NCBI GenBank assembly: GCA_041650295.1
Contig: JBAZLM010000001.1
Location: 318 to 64,317 of the forward strand
DNA length: 64,000 nucleotides
Origin: Candidatus Omnitrophota bacterium
Lineage (GTDB): Bacteria > Omnitrophota > Gorgyraeia > Gygaellales > Profunditerraquicolaceae
Direction: 5' to 3'
Numbering within the stretch: position 1 is the stretch's first letter; the number at the start of each line of letters is the position of its first letter. The notes under the pieces were generated by a model. It had not been told where the DNA came from. It worked only from the letters and a program-made list of their open reading frames with translations, and did not search any database. This document shows positions 58,292-64,000 of the stretch, piece by piece. A program made the position numbers and the translations under genes.

Positions 58292-58750
58292 CTAAACTCC
58301 AGCAAATTTACCAAGAATAATTAAAGTAAAGACCATGACAAAAAGCGCCACAGTTTCAATGATACCTAAAACTGCTAGATAATTTCCAAATCCTTTACCA
58401 GTCTCTCCCATTGCATCGCAGGCACAAGCTGCGGCTTTTCCTTGATAATAAGCAGAAAGCCCAATCGCCAAGCCAGAAAATGCACCAATTCCCCAAAGAT
58501 ATTGTCCTTTATCCGCTAATTCAAACATCTTGGTCATGGCGATATTTCCATAAATCGTTTGAGTTAACGGCGCACCAACTAAAGCTACCAATAAAAAAGA
58601 AGCACTTTTATTCTGCGCAAAATTTTTCTTCCAAGCACCAATAGCTGCCATACCAGCTACTCCGGCTCCAGCTGCAGAACCACAAGCAGCTAAAGCTAAA
58701 ACCAAAATACACCCTAAATCTTTAAATTGAGCACTCATTCCTGCATCCAT
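58292..58750 (-). CDS. ntpK: V-type ATPase proteolipid subunit K.
   Basis: RBS AAGGAG before ATG 58750. MDAGMSAQFKDLGCILVLALAACGSAAGAGVAGMAAIGA is the c/K-subunit helix pattern. 4 TM helices. Confidence 0.8.
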   Translation of the reverse strand: MDAGMSAQFKDLGCILVLALAACGSAAGAGVAGMAAIGAWKKNFAQNKSASFLLVALVGAPLTQTIYGNIAMTKMFELADKGQYLWGIGAFSGLAIGLSAYYQGKAAACACDAMGETGKGFGNYLAVLGIIETVALFVMVFTLIILGKFAGV

Positions 58751-58751
58751 T

Positions 58752-60527
58752 TTAATTCTCCTTTCGACCAAATGGCTTATAAGCAAAACCACTCCAGGTC
58801 ACATTAGCATGTCCACAAAACTCTAGCACATTAAGCCTAACTCCATGCACCAAAACCGACATCGGTCCTAAAATTATATTTAAAGCATGACCCATTATCA
58901 CAATTAAAGCCGCCGCAACAATAGTTAAAAAATCGCCTTTTTTAAAAACTCCAGCTGCCATCGCATTAAAAGCATCGGCAATGGCTACTCCAGCTAAACC
59001 TACTGCAAAAAGTCGAATATAAGAAACAACGTCCGTAAAATTGTTAACTAAACTTAAAGCAATAGTACCTAATCCTGCACCAATAGTTTTAAGTATATTT
59101 TTTTGCGGGCTGGTAAAAAATAAAACTAAGATTAAGCCACTAATAATTAACCCATTACTAAATCCTGGATAAAGATCTCCCAGAATTAAATTTTTCGCTA
59201 AAAAGAATACCGCCCAAATTACACAAATCCAGCCTAAATCAGCTAAAGCGATTAGTGCCGGAGCTTTTAAAATCGCTCTCCACCCATGGGCAAAAGATAA
59301 ATGCAGCGCTCCGATAAAAAAGCAAAATGCCTGAATAAATGAAGCATTACCCAGAGCCGGAATTAATGGTTTAATCCCTAAATTTAAAAGCCAAGCTTGA
59401 CCAAAAAATGTTGCCGTCAACAGCCCCCATATAATAGCGCAAAAACTTAAGATGTAAAAGAGAAAAAATACGCTCTGATCTTTAATCTTATAACCAAATT
59501 TTTTATGTAACCAAAAATTAAGCATCAGATAAACTAATCCGTAACCAGCATCCCCGATTAACATACCAAAAAACAAACTAAAGAAAATAATAAACAAAGG
59601 GCTAATATCAAGTTCTCGATATCCCGGAACAAGCTCTAAAAGTTTTAAAAGCGGTTTAATTAAAGCAATCCAACGCGGATTACGCACCAGCGTAGGAACT
59701 TCATCTTCCTGACTAGGCACGCTAGTAAAAATTCCCCATCCCTTTTGCTTAGCCAAAGCAACCAATGCCATCTCTTCGTTAATGGGAAGATATCCTTTTA
59801 AAAACACAAGTTGTTCGGATTGACCCATTCCCGCAAACGTTTCTTGAAATTCTAGTTTTTTTTGCAAACTATCTCTAAATTTGATTAATTCTTTTTGATA
59901 AGGAACCTGCTGAATTAATTGTTTTTCTAAAGCTTTAATTGCTTTAAGATCCTCTTCTTTACGTTGCAACATCTTTCCTAAACTCATCGCTGGTAAAGAA
60001 ATTTCTTTAAAACCAATTTCAATTTTTTTCTTAGCAACAACTAAACAATTAGCAATCCCCCCCTTAACAGAAAGTTGATTAATTACTACTGCATCGGTAA
60101 TTTCCTTTAATTGCTTAAGAGGTATTTGATAAAGCCCGGCAAAAATATTCTTTTGCGCTAAATTTGCAAAATCTTGAGGATCAAAGTCACCCCAATCTTG
60201 ATACTGTTTAATCTTTAGCGTTAGAGCAGTAAGATACTCTACCAGCTGGTCTTTACGTTTATGTAAATCAATTACATGGCGATAAACTAATTTGGCATCA
60301 ACATTTTCATTATCTACAACAGGCTTTTTCTCTAAAGGAATACTGGATAAAATACTTAAAGCCTGATCCAAGAGAGCAATTTCTTCAGTTAACAAAATAA
60401 CATCATTGCCCTTAGGGGGCTGCACATGTTCAATATGTAAAACTCCCTGGGCTTGCAACTTATTTAAAACATCTAAGCTATCTTTGGCTTGAGTGACCAC
60501 AATTACTTTTTTCATGGCAACGATCAT
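58752..60527 (-). CDS. ntpI: V-type ATPase subunit I (a subunit).
   Basis: A soluble N-terminal half followed by a multi-TM C-terminal half. The region ...VLVHGVRLNVLEFCGHANVTWSGFAYKPF is typical of subunit I. Confidence 0.8.
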   Translation of the reverse strand: MIVAMKKVIVVTQAKDSLDVLNKLQAQGVLHIEHVQPPKGNDVILLTEEIALLDQALSILSSIPLEKKPVVDNENVDAKLVYRHVIDLHKRKDQLVEYLTALTLKIKQYQDWGDFDPQDFANLAQKNIFAGLYQIPLKQLKEITDAVVINQLSVKGGIANCLVVAKKKIEIGFKEISLPAMSLGKMLQRKEEDLKAIKALEKQLIQQVPYQKELIKFRDSLQKKLEFQETFAGMGQSEQLVFLKGYLPINEEMALVALAKQKGWGIFTSVPSQEDEVPTLVRNPRWIALIKPLLKLLELVPGYRELDISPLFIIFFSLFFGMLIGDAGYGLVYLMLNFWLHKKFGYKIKDQSVFFLFYILSFCAIIWGLLTATFFGQAWLLNLGIKPLIPALGNASFIQAFCFFIGALHLSFAHGWRAILKAPALIALADLGWICVIWAVFFLAKNLILGDLYPGFSNGLIISGLILVLFFTSPQKNILKTIGAGLGTIALSLVNNFTDVVSYIRLFAVGLAGVAIADAFNAMAAGVFKKGDFLTIVAAALIVIMGHALNIILGPMSVLVHGVRLNVLEFCGHANVTWSGFAYKPFGRKEN

Positions 60528-61141
60528 GCCGCACCCCCTGCTAAAACCAGCTCTGCGATCTTTCTTTTAGCAATTTTACAACGACCGACAGCATTAGCCA
60601 TTTGATCACCAATATAAATTTTAATTAAGCGAATATTTTCTTGGGAAGCGGGAATTTTAACTTTTTCAAAAAGATTAACTCTTTGAGCAGTAATACGCAA
60701 CTCCTGCCTAAGAATATTAACCCCCTCCTGCATTAAAACTATCTCTTTATTTAAGATAATAATTTCCCTAAAAGCTAAAATTGCATAATCTAACCACAGT
60801 GGGGTAATAAATAAATCATACTCCGAATTAACAAACTCTATTTTTTCGAAAATAGGAATATCCACCCCAGCAATATTTTTCAAAGTTGTATCGATTCTTT
60901 GAGGCTTTAAATATTCTTTTAAATTCACATAAGCATCAGACAATAATCCAGCCCAAAGAAGAATTGCTTGTTTTTTCTTTAAAAGAGTTTGTTTTTTTAT
61001 TTCTTGTGCAGAACTAAGTTGAAGAATTTCTAACTGCAGCTGTTGTTTCTTTAATTGCAACGTCGGTAAATAACGTTGAAACTGTTTTAAGGCGTCACGC
61101 TGCCTTTTTAATTCACCTTTAGTAAATTTTATTTTTGCCAT
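60524..61141 (-). CDS. ntpD: V-type ATPase subunit D.
   Basis: MAKIKFTKGELKRQRDALKQFQRYLPTLQLKKQQLQ is the characteristic subunit D N-terminus. Confidence 0.8.
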   Translation of the reverse strand: MAKIKFTKGELKRQRDALKQFQRYLPTLQLKKQQLQLEILQLSSAQEIKKQTLLKKKQAILLWAGLLSDAYVNLKEYLKPQRIDTTLKNIAGVDIPIFEKIEFVNSEYDLFITPLWLDYAILAFREIIILNKEIVLMQEGVNILRQELRITAQRVNLFEKVKIPASQENIRLIKIYIGDQMANAVGRCKIAKRKIAELVLAGGAA

Positions 61142-61212
61142 TATGCCTTAGGTTTATCCCGTTAGAAATAGGTTGTCAAAGACAACCGTAAACCATCTTT
61201 TTTGTCTCGTTT

Positions 61213-62505
61213 CTAACGGGGCCAGAACTGCTGGATAATTGAAAGTTTGATTCCGGTTTCTTCAGGAGAAAAACAATCTGCTAAAATCTGCCAACCTAAA
61301 TCTAGTGCTTTTTCTAAAGGAATGTTTACTTTCAATGACATCATATTCTTTTCAAAAAGCGCACCATACTTAAGTAATTTTTTATCCCAAGCGCTCATTT
61401 GAAAACCCATTGATTGTTTTTCCAATGTTTCACGATAGCTGGCAAAAAGTTGAATCATCGTATCCATAATCGCACGATGATCCGCACGCGTTTTTCCATT
61501 TACCTGTTGCTTTAAACGGCTCAGTGAACCGAATGGCTCAATCATAGCATTTTTTAAATAAAACTGTCCTTCCGTAATATATCCGGTATTGTCCGGAACC
61601 GGATGCGTAACATCGTCTCCGGGCATAGTCGTCGCCGCTAAAATGGTAATCGAACCAGCCCCTTGGAAATCAACGGCTTTTTCATAACGCGCAGCTAACT
61701 GACTATAAAGATCTCCGGGATATCCACGATTAGAAGGAACTTGCTCCATAGTAATAGCAATTTCTTTTAATGAATCAGCAAAATTAGTCATATCAGTAAG
61801 TAGAACCAATACTCTTTTACCTTTTAAAGCAAAATCTTCAGCTACTGCTAAACTCACATCAGGTACCAATAAACATTCAACCGTAGGATCCGATGCAGTA
61901 TGAATAAAAAACACACAACGCGAAAGCGCTCCGGCAGCATTTAAAGTTTCACGAAAGAAAAGAAAATCATCGTACTTTAGACCCATACCACCTAAAATAA
62001 TAATATCTACCTCTGCCTGAATAGCAATACGTGCTAAAAGTTCATTGTAAGGTTCACCGGCAATAGAAAAAACAGGTAGTTTTTGTGATTCTACTAAAGA
62101 ATTAAAAACATCAATCATCGGAATGCCTGTGCGAATCATTTTATTAGGAACAACTCTTTTAACTGGATTTACGGAAGGAGAGCCGATATCGGTCAAATTA
62201 TCAGAAAGCAATGGTCCATGGTCCAAAGGCAAGCCGCTTCCATTAAAGATACGCCCTAATAAATTATCTCCCGTAGGAACCTGCATCGGATGACCTAAAA
62301 ATCTTACCTTATCTTGAGTAGAAATTCCACGAGAACCAGCAAAAACCTGTAAAGATACTTTATTGCCATCAATGCGGATTACCTGGGCTAAAGAATTGCC
62401 GCGACTAGTAGTAATCTGAGCAATATCTAAGTAACCTACCCCTTGAGCCTCAACAGTAATGACGTCTCCGGCAATTTGAATAATATTAGTATAAACTTTT
62501 TGCAT
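61213..62505 (-). CDS. ntpB: V-type ATPase subunit B.
   Basis: [27 protein letters not shown]...[19 protein letters not shown]...[11 protein letters not shown]. Confidence 0.9.
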   Translation of the reverse strand: MQKVYTNIIQIAGDVITVEAQGVGYLDIAQITTSRGNSLAQVIRIDGNKVSLQVFAGSRGISTQDKVRFLGHPMQVPTGDNLLGRIFNGSGLPLDHGPLLSDNLTDIGSPSVNPVKRVVPNKMIRTGIPMIDVFNSLVESQKLPVFSIAGEPYNELLARIAIQAEVDIIILGGMGLKYDDFLFFRETLNAAGALSRCVFFIHTASDPTVECLLVPDVSLAVAEDFALKGKRVLVLLTDMTNFADSLKEIAITMEQVPSNRGYPGDLYSQLAARYEKAVDFQGAGSITILAATTMPGDDVTHPVPDNTGYITEGQFYLKNAMIEPFGSLSRLKQQVNGKTRADHRAIMDTMIQLFASYRETLEKQSMGFQMSAWDKKLLKYGALFEKNMMSLKVNIPLEKALDLGWQILADCFSPEETGIKLSIIQQFWPR

Positions 62506-62507
62506 AA

Positions 62508-64000
62508 TTATTTTATATCCTTGATTTTAGCTGCTAAAAATAGTGTAATCTGTTCTTCTATTTTTTTAAATTCTAAGCTATTAAATTCCGCACTATTCCA
62601 TCCTCTAAAAAATTGGCGCAACTGTTGGAAAAAATGCAACGCAGTTTCTTTATTTTCTAATTTATATTCAGTATCCAGAATTTTACAAATAAATTTAAAT
62701 AAATAAACTTGTCGCTCTGCAGACGTAGCTTCATCCACTGGGTCAAAAGCATTTTGCTGTAAATAAACAAAATCGAACAACTCTCCTTTTAAATATTGAA
62801 TATAATCATCCAGAGTTGTGCCTTCTTCTCCTACAACTTTCATCATCTGCGCAATTTCATAACTACGCCTTAAAATATTCTGGCCCTGTTCTTGATTCTC
62901 TGGGCTAACAATACTTTTATATTTACTCCAGCTAATCAAAGGATCTATCGCTGGATATTTTCGCGCATCACTTCGTTCACGGGAAAGCCCATGAAAGGCC
63001 CCCACTACTTTTAAAGTTGCCTGGGTAACTGGCTCTTCAAAATTTCCACCGGCAGGACTCACCGTTCCACCAATAGTTACTGAACCTGTCTGGCCATTAT
63101 AAAGCTTAACTACGCCAGCGCGTTCATAAAATGAAGCAATCCGCGACTCCAAATATGCTGGGAAGGCTTCTTCTCCGGGGATCTCTTCTAAACGACCACT
63201 CATTTCACGCATCGCTTGAGCCCAACGAGAAGTTGAGTCTGCTAACAATAAAACATTTAAACCCATCTGACGATAATACTCTGCAATGGTTACCGCCGTA
63301 TAAACGCTAGATTCACGCGCCGCCACCGGCATCGAACTAGTATTACAAATAATTACTGTACGATCCATCAATGGTTTATTGGTACGTGGATCAATTAACT
63401 CAGGAAAAGTTTTTAAAGTTTCTACTACTTCTCCGGCTCTTTCTCCACAAGCAGCAATAATAACCACGTCCACATCGGCATGACGACTAGTTAATTGCTG
63501 CAAAACAGTTTTGCCTGCACCAAAAGGACCAGGGATACAATAAGTGCCCCCCCGGCTTACCGGGAAAAGCGAATCAATTAAACGCATTTTTGTCACCAAT
63601 GGCTGCGATGGTCTTAATTTCTCAGCATAAGCTTGAATCGGTATTTTCACTGGCCAACTTTGCTCTAAAAATACTTCATGGATATGTCCGGTAGAATCTT
63701 TAAGTTGAGCAATCGGTTGTTTTAGATTATATTTCCCTGCGCCAACAATACTAACTACCTCTAGGCTACCTGCTAACATAAAAGGAGCCATAATGTAATG
63801 TTTAAAAAATTTCTCCGGAACAAAACCTAACCAGCTGCCGGCTAAAACTTTATCTTGGGGTTTTACTAAAGGAGTAAAATTCCATTCTGATTGGTCATCC
63901 AAAGCTTCTAGGTATACGCCACGTTTTAGAAAAAATCCACATTTTTCTGCAAGAGCTGGAAGAGGATTCTGCAAACCATCATAAATTTGACCTAACAATC
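62508..64000 (-). CDS. ntpA: V-type ATPase catalytic subunit A. Partial: the N-terminus lies beyond the window end.
   Basis: Walker [13 protein letters not shown]. Also ...[11 protein letters not shown]...[22 protein letters not shown]. The ORF is open to position 64000. Confidence 0.9.
   Translation of the reverse strand, partial: LLGQIYDGLQNPLPALAEKCGFFLKRGVYLEALDDQSEWNFTPLVKPQDKVLAGSWLGFVPEKFFKHYIMAPFMLAGSLEVVSIVGAGKYNLKQPIAQLKDSTGHIHEVFLEQSWPVKIPIQAYAEKLRPSQPLVTKMRLIDSLFPVSRGGTYCIPGPFGAGKTVLQQLTSRHADVDVVIIAACGERAGEVVETLKTFPELIDPRTNKPLMDRTVIICNTSSMPVAARESSVYTAVTIAEYYRQMGLNVLLLADSTSRWAQAMREMSGRLEEIPGEEAFPAYLESRIASFYERAGVVKLYNGQTGSVTIGGTVSPAGGNFEEPVTQATLKVVGAFHGLSRERSDARKYPAIDPLISWSKYKSIVSPENQEQGQNILRRSYEIAQMMKVVGEEGTTLDDYIQYLKGELFDFVYLQQNAFDPVDEATSAERQVYLFKFICKILDTEYKLENKETALHFFQQLRQFFRGWNSAEFNSLEFKKIEEQITLFLAAKIKDIK

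Noticed and set aside
58292-58792. The full 166-aa six-frame ORF as ntpK.
   Set aside because: The first 14 codons overlap the ntpI coding end. ATG 58750 has a good RBS (AAGGAG) and begins the conserved proteolipid sequence, so the start was trimmed.

Overview
This is an AT-rich bacterial chromosomal segment with almost every gene on the minus strand. It appears to come from an uncultivated Gram-negative lineage, but the phylum cannot be assigned from the sequence alone. All protein-family assignments below are recalled from memory while reading the translations; no database search was run.

Left third (1-24 kb): a surface and secretion locus.
- A giant 2340-aa exported protein carries a Fibrobacter-succinogenes-major-paralogous-type domain (motifs GWRLPT...YWSS...VRC) and about 6-7 tandem ~95-aa Ig-like repeats.
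- A second, smaller protein with the same domain lies upstream.
- The neighbourhood also holds a TlpA-like thioredoxin, a NarL-type two-component pair, two tandem paralogous secretins (one with a C-terminal TPR tail), a PilP/GspC-like protein, an ExeA/GspA-like ATPase and a MerR-type regulator.
- Housekeeping genes follow: accA, a LysM L,D-transpeptidase and a DUF212 protein.

Middle (25.2-35.3 kb): an integrated ~10.1-kb mobile element.
- It has split the comM/yifB gene at the codons for 'NPCPC'. The 5' part of comM ends at 25.19 kb and the 3' part resumes at 35.25 kb.
- Cargo: a large serine recombinase, small HTH and zinc-ribbon ORFs, a capsid-like protein, a heptamer-repeat/iteron-like region, an operon of small membrane proteins, a hicAB toxin-antitoxin pair and an XRE repressor.

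Right third (35-64 kb): mostly housekeeping and accessory operons.
- folE, mnmE, folC, purH, a degenerate P-loop-less YchF, and a KamA-family radical-SAM aminomutase followed by two Ddl-like ATP-grasp ligases.
- An M20 peptidase, PAC2 and HAD genes, and a protein fusing a PilZ domain to a glycosidase-like domain.
- An overlapping operon of a DnaQ-like exonuclease, DUF2156, YkgJ and a tRNA-binding protein.
- An outer-membrane beta-barrel protein, a minor-pilin operon, tRNA-Asp and tRNA-Val, and a V-type ATPase operon (A, B, D, I, K; A is cut by the window edge).

Repeats: four copies of a widespread palindromic repeat, the 'GTCATTGCGAGGAGCG...GACGAAGCAATC' family. One copy is inserted in-frame (75 bp) in folC.
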